From: Bdellovibrio sp.
GTDB lineage: Bacteria > Bdellovibrionota > Bdellovibrionia > Bdellovibrionales > Bdellovibrionaceae
Direction of reading: 5' to 3'
DNA: 64,000 nucleotides
Assembly (NCBI GenBank): GCA_036676395.1
Contig: JAKFCY010000003.1
Coordinates: 256,001 to 320,000 of the forward strand
A model generated the notes under the pieces. It was given only the letters and a program-made list of their open reading frames with translations. It was not told where the DNA came from and did no database searches. A program made the translations under genes and the position numbers. This document shows, piece by piece, positions 1-9,756 of this stretch. How positions within the stretch are numbered: the first letter of the stretch is position 1; every line of letters starts with the position of its first letter.

Positions 1-438
1 ATCTCTCAGCCTGAATTAGTTAAAGTGGCCGAAAGCAATATTTTTGCTGCTGCAGCAAAAGGTTTTGACCGTTCATATGATATTTCAGTGATGACGGTGA
101 TGTCGTTTGTACGTTTATTTCAAGGTGAAGTATCCCATAAAAACATTGGTGGTATGATCTCGATCGGTAAAGCCGCAAAAGATTCATATGCGATGGGCTT
201 GCAGTCATTTTTGATGACGATGGGTATCTTATCAATCAGCTTATTTATTTTAAATTTATTGCCGGTTCCGGTTTTAGATGGCGGACACTTAGTGTTTTAT
301 GCTATTGAAATCGTGAAAGGTTCTCCGCTAAGTGGCAGAAAATTAGAGATCGCCCACCAAATCGGTTTTGCCCTGTTAATGGGTCTGATGGTATTGGCGT
401 TATTTAACGACTTCACTAAGTTTATTTTTAAAACATAA
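1..438 (+). CDS. rseP: RIP metalloprotease RseP (C-terminal part, 5' truncated by window)
   Basis: Frame open from position 1; NLLPVPVLDGGH motif of M50 site-2 proteases; C-terminal ALFND. Confidence 0.93.
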   Translation: MSQPELVKVAESNIFAAAAKGFDRSYDISVMTVMSFVRLFQGEVSHKNIGGMISIGKAAKDSYAMGLQSFLMTMGILSISLFILNLLPVPVLDGGHLVFYAIEIVKGSPLSGRKLEIAHQIGFALLMGLMVLALFNDFTKFIFKT

Positions 439-441
439 TCT

Positions 442-1134
442 ATGATCATATTATCCAGCGACACCAGCACTTTACTTGGAAGTGTGGCCATTCATAAAGA
501 TGGCCAGCTTCTGGTTGAAAAGTCACTGATGCGCCAAGGATCTCACTCTGACGCCCTAAATCTTTTAATCAAAGACTGTCTTGAACAAGCCAAACTTACT
601 TTAAATGATATCGATGTTTTTGCCACAGGCCTTGGTCCGGGCAGTTTTACCGGTATTCGCATTAGTTTCAATACGATGAAAACTTTTTCTTCTACTTTTG
701 CTAAACCAATGGCTGGGATTGATAGCTTAAAAAGCTTAGCTTATCTTAATCGACATGGCGCTAAAGAAATTTGTTGCGCGATTAATGCCTTTAAAAACAT
801 GGTGTACATCGCGACATACAAAATCGACGGCGATTCCGTTATTGAAACAAGACCACCACAAGTTGTGCGCGTTCAAGAATTACACAATTTCTTAACATCG
901 CCAGTTTTATTTGTAGGCGATGGTTTTGCAGCTTACGAAAATTATTTACAAAAACATTGTGGTGAAAAATTAATTCGTAACTCTGGTATTCACGACTATC
1001 CGACAGCGGTTGCAGTGGGCCACCTTGCGAGTCTAGAAAATAAATTTTTTCACTGGTCACAACTTTTACCTCTTTATTTAAGAGCGTCCGAAGCCGAAGA
1101 GAACCTCAGCGGAATAAAGTATCAACCTCTGTAG
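442..1134 (+). CDS. tsaB: tRNA threonylcarbamoyladenosine biosynthesis protein TsaB
   Basis: DTS N-terminus, HSD, GPGSFTGIRI, C-terminal PLYLR. Confidence 0.95.
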   Translation: MIILSSDTSTLLGSVAIHKDGQLLVEKSLMRQGSHSDALNLLIKDCLEQAKLTLNDIDVFATGLGPGSFTGIRISFNTMKTFSSTFAKPMAGIDSLKSLAYLNRHGAKEICCAINAFKNMVYIATYKIDGDSVIETRPPQVVRVQELHNFLTSPVLFVGDGFAAYENYLQKHCGEKLIRNSGIHDYPTAVAVGHLASLENKFFHWSQLLPLYLRASEAEENLSGIKYQPL

Positions 1135-1152
1135 TATCATCGGGAGTTCAGC

Positions 1153-1923
1153 ATGTCGGAAATTTGGTGTGTCGCTAGCGGAAAAGGTGGCGTTGGAAAA
1201 ACGTTCGTCGCCTCAGGCCTGGGAATCAGTTTAGCAAAATTAAGAAAAAAAGTTTTGTTGGTTGATTTCGATATTTCGGGCGCAAATCTTCACACCGTTT
1301 TAGGATTAAAAGACTTTAAAAAATCAATCGTTGATGGCTTAAATGCAAATTCTAATGGTGTAGACATGGTGATGCGTTCAAGTTTTCCAAATTTAGATTT
1401 TATTCCCGGTTTTATCGTACCGCAATTAGGCCAAGAACTTTGCACTTTTAAAGTTGATGCTTTGTTACAGCAGCTTAAAAGTTTGAAATATGATGTAATT
1501 ATTTTCGATTTAGGCCCTGGTGCGCAAAAAGCAAATTTTAGTTTAATGAATTATGCTGACCGCAATTTTGTGATTACAAACTGTGAACCAACATCGATTG
1601 AAAAAACATATTCATTTATCGAACAGTACATTGCGGGCGATTACCCGGCGAAAAATTTACATATTTTGGTGAATTTTTGCCGTTCGCAGCAACATCAAAC
1701 CCTAGGAAAATCATTTGAATCCGTTTTGTTCAAAAAACATGACGTGAATGTTAGATTTTCGGCAGGTATTCGTTTTGATAACGCCGTGTGGCAGTCGACT
1801 TTTATGGCATCTTCAAATTTGCAAAATGTTTTTGCATTAATGCCATATTCCGAAGTCTGTCACGATTTTTACAAAATCTGCAAACAATTGATTGATCCAA
1901 GTGATCTACGGGCCGTATCATAA
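1153..1923 (+). CDS. MinD/FlhG-family P-loop ATPase
   Basis: Deviant Walker A SGKGGVGKT, DFDISGANLH, DLGPG, EPTSIE. Confidence 0.85.
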   Translation: MSEIWCVASGKGGVGKTFVASGLGISLAKLRKKVLLVDFDISGANLHTVLGLKDFKKSIVDGLNANSNGVDMVMRSSFPNLDFIPGFIVPQLGQELCTFKVDALLQQLKSLKYDVIIFDLGPGAQKANFSLMNYADRNFVITNCEPTSIEKTYSFIEQYIAGDYPAKNLHILVNFCRSQQHQTLGKSFESVLFKKHDVNVRFSAGIRFDNAVWQSTFMASSNLQNVFALMPYSEVCHDFYKICKQLIDPSDLRAVS

Positions 1924-1929
1924 TTTAAG

Positions 1930-2595
1930 ATGAGCACAGATTTTAAAAATAATTATTACGAAATTCTGGAAGTTGCCAACACAGCAACTCAACATGAAAT
2001 CACCGTAGCCTACGAAAAGGCTAAAAGAACCTATTCTGCTCAAAATGCGGCTTTGTACAGTGTCTTTACGGAAGCTGAAGCCTCTGCATTACGTGATTTA
2101 ATTGAAGAAGCTTATTCGGTTCTAAGCAATCAGAATTACCGCAATATTTACGAAAAACGTCTGTTATCAAAATCTTATTCTGCTTCAGATTTATCTTTAG
2201 ATGCTGTTAAAAAAGCCAGCACTGAACTATTCAACGAAAACAGTTTGTTACAAGCTGCTCCGACTGAAATTGCTGAAAATGAAAAACCTTCTTACGAAAA
2301 AAATCAGACTTTAGAGTCTGAGATCGAAACTTGTAATGAATGGGATGGCGATTTCTTAAAAAAAGTGCGCGAATATAAGCAGTACTCTTTAGAATTATTG
2401 CATGAAAAAACTAAAGTAAACCCTTGGTATTTGTCAGCGCTTGAAAAAATGGAGCCACAAAACCTACCAGCACCGGTATTTGTTCGTGGTTACGTCACTC
2501 AATTTGCAAAAACATTAGGTTTAAACGAGAAACAAGTTGCTGAATCGTATATGAAAATCTACAAGTCTAAACTTGAGCAAACAAAAACAAAATAA
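1930..2595 (+). CDS. J-domain-like plus XRE/RodZ-type HTH protein
   Basis: N-terminal NYYEILEV...EAYSVLS...R..Y (DnaJ-like, no HPD); C-terminal LKKVRE...ALE...LPAPVFVRGYV HTH. Confidence 0.75.
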   Translation: MSTDFKNNYYEILEVANTATQHEITVAYEKAKRTYSAQNAALYSVFTEAEASALRDLIEEAYSVLSNQNYRNIYEKRLLSKSYSASDLSLDAVKKASTELFNENSLLQAAPTEIAENEKPSYEKNQTLESEIETCNEWDGDFLKKVREYKQYSLELLHEKTKVNPWYLSALEKMEPQNLPAPVFVRGYVTQFAKTLGLNEKQVAESYMKIYKSKLEQTKTK

Positions 2596-3562
2596 AATTA
2601 CCTTTCCAGTTCCCACTCAATACGCCGGCCTAAGACTTGATAAAGTTTTAGTCGATGAAGAATCTTTCAAAGAGGTTATCTCTACGCGCAGTTATGCGCA
2701 GAATATGATTGAAAAAGGATACATCAGCATTAACGGTGAACGCACCAAAGCTTCGTACGCACTTAAAGCGTCAGACATTATTGATATTATTATTCCTGAA
2801 GTAAAACCGACTGAACTGGTTCCTTACGATTTAAAATTAGATATTATTTTTGAAGACAATGATTTGATCGTTATTAATAAACCTGCAGGTTTAGTTGTGC
2901 ACCCTTCAGCAGGGCACGAACAAAACACGTTAGTGAATGCTCTTTTACACCATACAAAAAATCTTTCGATGAAGAATGAAGAGCGCCCAGGCATTGTTCA
3001 CCGTATCGACAAAGAAACAAGTGGTTTGCTAGTTGTGGCTAAAAACGATAAGGCCCACGAACATTTATCTCTTCAATTTAAAAACAAAACCACACATAGA
3101 ATTTATTATGCTGTAGTTGAAGGCCGTCCGCGTTTGGGTAAAGCAACTATCAGTAGTTACTTAGCCCGCCATCCGAATGATCGCAAAAAATTTGCTTCAG
3201 TTCGAATTCACAATCGCATTTTGACTGAATTCGAAGAAGGTTTCGAAAAAGGCAAATGGGCTGTTACGCATTATCAAACTATTCAAAGCTCGCAATCCAA
3301 ATCATTAGTGCGGGTGCAACTTGAAACCGGACGCACCCACCAAATTCGCGTGCACATGTCTGAAATGGGTCACATGTTGGTTGGTGATATGACTTATGGA
3401 TTCTCTGCAAAAAAAGCTAAAGAACTAGGTATTTCAAGATTTTATCTACATGCCGCCGAACTTGGATTTATTCACCCGAAAACTAAAGAACCTATGAAAT
3501 TTTTAATTGATTGGCCACGCGCTGATTTCGAAAAAATTAAATCCTGGGGTTTTATCTTATGA
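2573..3562 (+). CDS. rluD: RluA-family 23S rRNA pseudouridine synthase RluD
   Basis: S4 domain RLDK, NKPAGLVVHP, HRIDKETSG, TGRTHQIRVH; exact start uncertain. Confidence 0.93.
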   Translation: MSKQKQNKITFPVPTQYAGLRLDKVLVDEESFKEVISTRSYAQNMIEKGYISINGERTKASYALKASDIIDIIIPEVKPTELVPYDLKLDIIFEDNDLIVINKPAGLVVHPSAGHEQNTLVNALLHHTKNLSMKNEERPGIVHRIDKETSGLLVVAKNDKAHEHLSLQFKNKTTHRIYYAVVEGRPRLGKATISSYLARHPNDRKKFASVRIHNRILTEFEEGFEKGKWAVTHYQTIQSSQSKSLVRVQLETGRTHQIRVHMSEMGHMLVGDMTYGFSAKKAKELGISRFYLHAAELGFIHPKTKEPMKFLIDWPRADFEKIKSWGFIL

Positions 3563-4236
3563 GTTTTACTGAAACCGATTTAGGTTTTATTAAAGAACAA
3601 GATCAACATCTTATATTTTTCGGTAAAAATTCAGCAACTTTAGATCAATTAAAACAAGCTTATCCCGATTTAACTTTTCGCAGTATTCAGCAAAAACACA
3701 CTGACATTTGTGTGCCGTCAGCTACAGCGAGTAACGACACCATTGCAGATGCGCACTTTACGACTGAAAATAAAATTGCTCTGGTTGTGAAAACTGCCGA
3801 TTGTCAGCCGATCTTAGCGTATAATAAAAGTAAAAGTTTAATACTGGCAATTCATGCTGGCTGGCGCGGAGTAGAAAATCAAATCACTTCAAAATCATTG
3901 TTACAATGCGGGCTGCAACAAGCTGATATTTTTATCGGGCCATGTATTCAACAAGAAAGTTTTGAAGTCGATTTAGAGGTAAAAGACCTTTTAGAAAAAA
4001 TTTGTAAAATTGATCCCGCCACTAATGATTTTAAAAAAACATTTATCCAAAAAAGTATTAAATATCATATTGATCTAACGAAGATAGTGGTCGCTGATAT
4101 CAAAGCAGTGGGCGTCGATGCGAAGATTTCATTATTACCTTTTGACACAGTCACTGACCTAAGATTTCATTCATACCGCCGCGATAAACTAAATAATGGT
4201 CGTAATCTTAGCTTCATTACCCGACTTAGGTCTTAA
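3559..4236 (+). CDS. pgeF: PgeF/YfiH laccase-domain protein
   Basis: TADC, HAGWRG, IGPCI, FHSYRR; usual rluD-pgeF linkage. Confidence 0.92.
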   Translation: MSFTETDLGFIKEQDQHLIFFGKNSATLDQLKQAYPDLTFRSIQQKHTDICVPSATASNDTIADAHFTTENKIALVVKTADCQPILAYNKSKSLILAIHAGWRGVENQITSKSLLQCGLQQADIFIGPCIQQESFEVDLEVKDLLEKICKIDPATNDFKKTFIQKSIKYHIDLTKIVVADIKAVGVDAKISLLPFDTVTDLRFHSYRRDKLNNGRNLSFITRLRS

Positions 4237-4290
4237 GACTTTTTCGAACCTAGTCTTTCAATTTTTAGCGTGTTTACAGATACTAACAGT

Positions 4291-5748
4291 ATGAAAAAAC
4301 TCATTCTTTTAGTTAGCGTTCTGATGTCGGCGTGTGCCTCGTTTAATAATTTAGACCGTCTACCGACCAATGCAGGCCAATGTGCGATTTCTGATAAAAA
4401 CCCCCCGCTTTTTAACGTGCTTCAAGCCACTTCAGATCGCATTGTTATTCGCTTAGATAATTTTGAAAAATATTTTAATTTAGGATCTTCAGATTACGAT
4501 TTCAAAGTAACGTACTCTGAAACTAAAATTTTAGATCGCGAAGGCAAAAAAGCTATTATCAATCACGAAGTGATGGATGGCTCGGTCGATCGCGAACCAT
4601 ACACTTTGCAAATACCGGTAAATTATGGCGGCCTCTATCACGTCGAACTTTCAAAAGATGGAAAAATTTTTTGGAAACAAAAAGTATTCGCTCTTCACAA
4701 ATCTGAAAATACAATTTCAGCAGCAGAACGTGAAGCTTTGGCTGCACAGTATGCTCCGATCATCGAAATGAGCCCTGATGAAATGTATTGGCCATCTTCA
4801 TTAGAATATATTTTTAATAAAGTTGAAGTAGACCCACAAATGGCAGCCGAGCCATTTCGCTTGACGACTTTAAACACGAACATCAGTAAAAATTCTTCGG
4901 GTTTAATGGGCAGTCTATTTGGCAAAAAGTATGGCGTAAATCATGAGTTTAATTTCTCTGAAATCGATCAGATATTTCCGTACTACGGCCATGCTGAATC
5001 AGTGTTAAAATCAAACTTAGCCGATGACACTCAAACTCGCCTTAGAATGCGTACCAGCAAAAATCATTTAACGATTTATTATTCGGTTTTTGAAAACAAA
5101 CAATGGAATGAAATTTATATTAACTATCACATGTTTTATGCTTTCGATTCTAAAAATGGCACGAAAGATAAGGCTGTTATGGCAGCTCATATCTTCGACC
5201 GTGAAAGTTTAACAGTTGTGTTGCGTGGAACTTCTAAAAAACCACTATATACTTTCTACGGAGCACACTTACCTTCGCAGACAATGGCACAGCTAGATTC
5301 AAACGGTGATGTCGTGCAAAGCTGGGCCACTGGGCGGGTATTTGTAAACTGGAATAAAATCATCACTGAAAATAATCGTTTAAAAGCGGTAGCCGCCAAA
5401 GGCTCACACGGAATCTATCCAATTAAGGGCCTTTATGCAGTTATGGCCAATCATAAATATCCGCTATTACTTGAACCTGCTGGTGGGGGTGAAAAACTTT
5501 ATCCCGAATTTGAACCTGCTGCGGTAAATAATCTGAAGTATAAATTAAGACCGTTGAATCTTGATAACGTGTCTTCTGACTGTAACAGCCCAAACCGCAT
5601 GTTAGCTTTCTCGGGATCTACCGTAGACGTATTAGGTCCAGTGAATGCGACTTTCCCGCCTTTTACTGACCGCGAAGGTGATTATAAGAATTACGCTGAT
5701 CCTAATGCTCCGTTATTCGATATGGATTTAGGCGCGAAAGCTAAATAA
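4291..5748 (+). CDS. Lipoprotein with Vps62/NPP1-like domain
   Basis: Lipobox MSAC; YAP...E.YWP, YHMFYAFD...HIFDRE, GAH, AKGSHGIYP resemble Vps62-like motifs. Confidence 0.55.
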   Translation: MKKLILLVSVLMSACASFNNLDRLPTNAGQCAISDKNPPLFNVLQATSDRIVIRLDNFEKYFNLGSSDYDFKVTYSETKILDREGKKAIINHEVMDGSVDREPYTLQIPVNYGGLYHVELSKDGKIFWKQKVFALHKSENTISAAEREALAAQYAPIIEMSPDEMYWPSSLEYIFNKVEVDPQMAAEPFRLTTLNTNISKNSSGLMGSLFGKKYGVNHEFNFSEIDQIFPYYGHAESVLKSNLADDTQTRLRMRTSKNHLTIYYSVFENKQWNEIYINYHMFYAFDSKNGTKDKAVMAAHIFDRESLTVVLRGTSKKPLYTFYGAHLPSQTMAQLDSNGDVVQSWATGRVFVNWNKIITENNRLKAVAAKGSHGIYPIKGLYAVMANHKYPLLLEPAGGGEKLYPEFEPAAVNNLKYKLRPLNLDNVSSDCNSPNRMLAFSGSTVDVLGPVNATFPPFTDREGDYKNYADPNAPLFDMDLGAKAK

Positions 5749-6941
5749 TGTTTAAGCAAAAGAAGATCCTTACATTTATTGTTTTGTTTTCTTTTGCGCT
5801 GACTGCCCAAGCTCAATATGACTCACCCTTTGATACGGCTTCGGTTGCACGGGGCCTTTCTAAAGTCACAACACTTAAAGATGACATGACTAAACTCAAT
5901 GTGCCATCGCGCTGTCAGCCTTTTAATAAAAGTGACCCCAATACTATGGTCGCTTGCAGCGCACCTGCTGAAGATATTGATAACAGCATCATCACAAAAG
6001 TTGAATTTGAACCAGGAAAAATCGATCCGCGCTTAAATGATGTAATTCCAGAAGAGTTTCGCAAAGACACTAAAGATAAAAAAACAGCCTGTATCATTCG
6101 CTTTAAAATGATGAACGATAATAAAGAAATGATCGGAATGAACCAAGAACAAGGCAGCGGCGACGATGTCGGACGCACCCACTCTTTAGGTTTAAGTGTT
6201 AGCTGTACTTCAGACGACGGGCTGTCAAAAACTTTTTCTTACGATACAGAGCTATACACGAACCCGCAAATGGCTAACGGTAAGTATGTTCGCGATTCTG
6301 AAAATCGCATAAAGCAAAAATTTATTTCTGAAACCGTTTTTGCTTTTGTTCAAGATAATATTAACCAGGGTAAAGCCACTTACTGGAAGCGCGGATTTGG
6401 TTTCATCAATAAAACCGATAAAAAAACATTTGGTCCGTTATCGTCAGCGAATCAGCAAGAATGGTTTCACGCTACCCTTAACAAAATCAGCGGTGAAGGC
6501 AGCGCCGTTACTTATAATTACGAACAAGGCTCGATGAATAAATGGGGCGGCTTTGTGACGATGAGTGTAGGTTTGCAAGAGCATGCCAATTTAGGCAATC
6601 GCTGTCGCGTAAGTCTTTCTGCTGAAACGGGTTTTCGTGCCGGATCTATTAAAGATTCATCCTACTGGAATGCGAGTGCCAATGCGCAGGTTTCTTATGA
6701 CATCACTAAAGGTAATGCCATCTACTTGCGTGGTCGCTATGATGCCACCGATAGACCCGGTTCAAGCTTTGTTCGTGAACAATCAGTAGCCGTAGGCTTT
6801 CAGCGTAATAAATCAGGAACCTATGTTGAAGTTGGTACTATGAAACAGCAAGGTAACCGCACCGATGTTCACGATATTCCGAATGTACATACGGGTAAAA
6901 ACGATTCTATGATCTTCTTACGTCTTGGCTATGGCTTCTAA
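5748..6941 (+). CDS. Outer-membrane beta-barrel, LpxR-like lipid A deacylase candidate
   Basis: Signal peptide; ND...D..T, ELYT, GP....QEWFH motifs; terminal LRLGYGF barrel signature. Confidence 0.55.
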   Translation: MFKQKKILTFIVLFSFALTAQAQYDSPFDTASVARGLSKVTTLKDDMTKLNVPSRCQPFNKSDPNTMVACSAPAEDIDNSIITKVEFEPGKIDPRLNDVIPEEFRKDTKDKKTACIIRFKMMNDNKEMIGMNQEQGSGDDVGRTHSLGLSVSCTSDDGLSKTFSYDTELYTNPQMANGKYVRDSENRIKQKFISETVFAFVQDNINQGKATYWKRGFGFINKTDKKTFGPLSSANQQEWFHATLNKISGEGSAVTYNYEQGSMNKWGGFVTMSVGLQEHANLGNRCRVSLSAETGFRAGSIKDSSYWNASANAQVSYDITKGNAIYLRGRYDATDRPGSSFVREQSVAVGFQRNKSGTYVEVGTMKQQGNRTDVHDIPNVHTGKNDSMIFLRLGYGF

Positions 6942-7042
6942 CGCTGTTTCCCATATTTATTGAATCAATTACATATTGTTTTTTCACAGTGAAATCAGCT
7001 ATTTTTACTCTATAGAGTTTTTTGGAATTCATGGGGTGTACA

Positions 7043-7570
7043 ATGTTAAAAAATTTAGTGATCACAGCGGCTATTTTGATTTCGGCAGCAACAGTTCAAG
7101 CCTTACCAACTGCGGTGTCTGACATTTTACCGAATGGCTCAGTGGCACGCTGTAAAGAAGGTGGCGATGCTGGGTCTCGCGCATTTCGTTTAACTATTAA
7201 AGATTTGTCAGCGGCTTCATTAACTTTACAAGTAGACACCTTAGTATGCCTTCGCCTTGAAGGAAAAATGACTTTAGTTCATTACGCTTTATCTGAAAAA
7301 CAAGTTTATAAAAATAACGGTCATGTTATTAGTTATGAATATGGTAATGCCAGTTTAGCAGTTATGAACACGGATGCGACTCATTTATTTGACCGCATAA
7401 ATTTAGATTCAACTAAATTTACTCAAGACGTCACTTTGAATATTCAAGCCGTACCATCTCATGTTTTTGATGTGGGCTTACAAATGTTAGAAGTCATCAA
7501 GATCGATGATAAAATCGTTGATCAAGGTATGAAAGCCAGCGGTTCATACCGTATCAACCTCCAAGATTAA
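7043..7570 (+). CDS. Secreted hypothetical protein
   Basis: Signal peptide ending VQA; beta-rich; Cys pair. Confidence 0.7.
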   Translation: MLKNLVITAAILISAATVQALPTAVSDILPNGSVARCKEGGDAGSRAFRLTIKDLSAASLTLQVDTLVCLRLEGKMTLVHYALSEKQVYKNNGHVISYEYGNASLAVMNTDATHLFDRINLDSTKFTQDVTLNIQAVPSHVFDVGLQMLEVIKIDDKIVDQGMKASGSYRINLQD

Positions 7571-7980
7571 TTATTAGATTTTACGCCAGAACTTCCGCCC
7601 GTTGTTCCAGTTCTAACGGCAATCGGGTTAACACAAGTATTTGCGATAACCTGATCGCTTTCTAAATACGAACAGCGATGTGCTGTTGTGCGCGGAATAC
7701 ATTCTGCACGCTCTGGTTCTGGATCAACCTGAGCACTGACTTGATAATCATTCGGATCGTCTCCTAAGACAGAACTTGGCAAAACCGCGTCGTTCGTTGA
7801 AACGGCATCTTGTGTTTGTTCTGTAGGTACGCGCGGTGGTGTATTTGATCTGAAAATATTAACAAAAATTAAACCGATCGCGGCTAACTGCATTTTAAAT
7901 GCATCAAAAAATCCTGCCTGCGCAATGGGTGCTTGTAACAATGACAATGAAAACAACACGACCATAATTTTCTTATTCAT
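7567..7980 (-). CDS. Small secreted, partly low-complexity protein
   Basis: RBS GGAG before ATG 7980; signal peptide ending AQA; overlaps the RHS gene stop. Confidence 0.7.
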   Translation of the reverse strand: MNKKIMVVLFSLSLLQAPIAQAGFFDAFKMQLAAIGLIFVNIFRSNTPPRVPTEQTQDAVSTNDAVLPSSVLGDDPNDYQVSAQVDPEPERAECIPRTTAHRCSYLESDQVIANTCVNPIAVRTGTTGGSSGVKSNN

Positions 7981-9250
7981 TGTTTGCTCCATTTTTCGTC
8001 AGTAAAAATTCTGTGAACAAATCAAAAGCCGCATAACCAGAATTTTTACGCTTCGACTCAGAAGATTCCATCGCATCTAGTTTGCCATTTTTATATTTGA
8101 AAACTACTTTGCCACTGCCGACTAATTCTAATTCAACTAACCGTTGATGTTTATATTTTGTATTGATTGTTTTTTTGCGTTTATTCGCTAATCGGGTTTG
8201 TTTAATCTGAGTGATGTTTCCTAAAGAATCTTCAATATAATCCCAACGCACGCCTTTAGCAGTTATCGTTTGCCAGCCTTTAGAAGTTTTAATCAGGTTG
8301 CCATTGATACTAACTGGCGTACGAAACAAAGCATCTTTATCCATGCGGTGCTTTTGAAACAAAGGCGAACTTGCAGAAGTAAATTCTTGAGTTGTTTTTT
8401 CACAAATATTTTTAACAGTCGATTTCAGCGATGCCGTGTTTACATCCATGAAATATGAAAAATCAAAACCGCAGTTGTTTGGATGACTGACTTTACTGAC
8501 AACATCTAGTTTTGAATCATAAGTTACAGTATGTCTTTCACCACTTGGAACCGTAAATCCATTTACACGACCTTTTGAATCGTAAGAATAAGTCATTTTT
8601 TTATTCCAGGCGTTTTCAACACTCACGAGGTTATTATCTTTGTCATAACTATACGTGACTTGAATTTTTTTTGGTCCAGTTATTTTTTCTAAAACTTTTT
8701 CAGTTTTTGCAAAACTAAAAAAATAGTGATCACCGCCATTGTGAACAATACGATCAATCATGTTGTGCTTGTTAAAATAAATACGAATAAATGGCTTTTC
8801 AGGATTATTCTTGCGCGAGATCAAACTTAACTGGCCTTGTTCATTATACACGATAATATTTTCAGAGCCGACACGCATATAACCAGAACCATTTGGAAGT
8901 TCCTGAATTATTTCTGTGCCGGCGTTGTTGGCATAACCACCTTCTGTCTTTGAAAAAACACTGGCTGTAGTTTGCCCGCATTTTCTGATTTCAAATCCAG
9001 AATTTGCCCGCACAATCGTTTCTTCTAATTGCGAGCACCAATTGTTGCCAAACATGCCATAGCTTTTTCGTTTATGATTATATTGGCGTTGAATTTTAAA
9101 TGGAGTTAAAACTTCTTTGGTGATTATATCTATTGTGTCTAATGACAGCTCACCACTGATTGGATTTACTTCTGCAAAAGACGTAAACCCTACGAATAAG
9201 ATTATTAAAGGTAATATTTTCTTCACTCTTATTATTTTAAACTTGTTCAA
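7973..9250 (-). CDS. Secreted DUF6531 plus RHS/YD-repeat protein
   Basis: VNPISGEL...RQYN...GMFGNNW; YSYDKDNNL, YSYDSKGRV YD repeats; start may be GTG 9226. Confidence 0.85.
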   Translation of the reverse strand: MNKFKIIRVKKILPLIILFVGFTSFAEVNPISGELSLDTIDIITKEVLTPFKIQRQYNHKRKSYGMFGNNWCSQLEETIVRANSGFEIRKCGQTTASVFSKTEGGYANNAGTEIIQELPNGSGYMRVGSENIIVYNEQGQLSLISRKNNPEKPFIRIYFNKHNMIDRIVHNGGDHYFFSFAKTEKVLEKITGPKKIQVTYSYDKDNNLVSVENAWNKKMTYSYDSKGRVNGFTVPSGERHTVTYDSKLDVVSKVSHPNNCGFDFSYFMDVNTASLKSTVKNICEKTTQEFTSASSPLFQKHRMDKDALFRTPVSINGNLIKTSKGWQTITAKGVRWDYIEDSLGNITQIKQTRLANKRKKTINTKYKHQRLVELELVGSGKVVFKYKNGKLDAMESSESKRKNSGYAAFDLFTEFLLTKNGANNE

Positions 9251-9348
9251 AAATATTGATAGAGCTACGGGTCATTCTTTTTATTTCTGGTCTGATGTCG
9301 AGCCTTGGATTTGTTCTCTTTTGCAGTGATTAATGTAAAATTAAAAAC

Positions 9349-9756
9349 ATGAAAATACTTATCGGATTTTTATTAGTGTTAACTGCAGTAAATGCCTTGG
9401 CTGAACCAACTACCGATTGCGGAACCGCAAAATTAAATTACAAAAACGGCAAAGTAGCTGTTTCTGAAGAGGTTGAAATTTGTAAAAATGAATACAGTCA
9501 GTTTTATGCTAAAAAATGCGCTGATGGTTGTGAATTTATAAAAGCTTTAAAAAAACAAGGCGATATCGAATTAGAAGATTCAACTGTCGGAAGCCCTGGC
9601 GGACAAATTTGCCAACAGCTGGGCTTTGAATCTCGTTTAGTTGAAGTAGAATTTAAAAAAATTAAAACCCCGCACGTTGATTTGTGTTTTGGTGATGACA
9701 CAGACTCATTTGTCTCTTCAGGATTTTTACGTGATTTACAAGGTAGTCTTGAATGA
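9349..9756 (+). CDS. Secreted Cys-rich hypothetical protein
   Basis: Signal peptide ending ALA; six Cys; GSPGGQIC. Confidence 0.7.
   Translation: MKILIGFLLVLTAVNALAEPTTDCGTAKLNYKNGKVAVSEEVEICKNEYSQFYAKKCADGCEFIKALKKQGDIELEDSTVGSPGGQICQQLGFESRLVEVEFKKIKTPHVDLCFGDDTDSFVSSGFLRDLQGSLE

Noticed and set aside
7973..9250. Rhs toxin-immunity pair
   Set aside because: No DPxG core end or C-terminal toxin domain; both proteins have Sec signals
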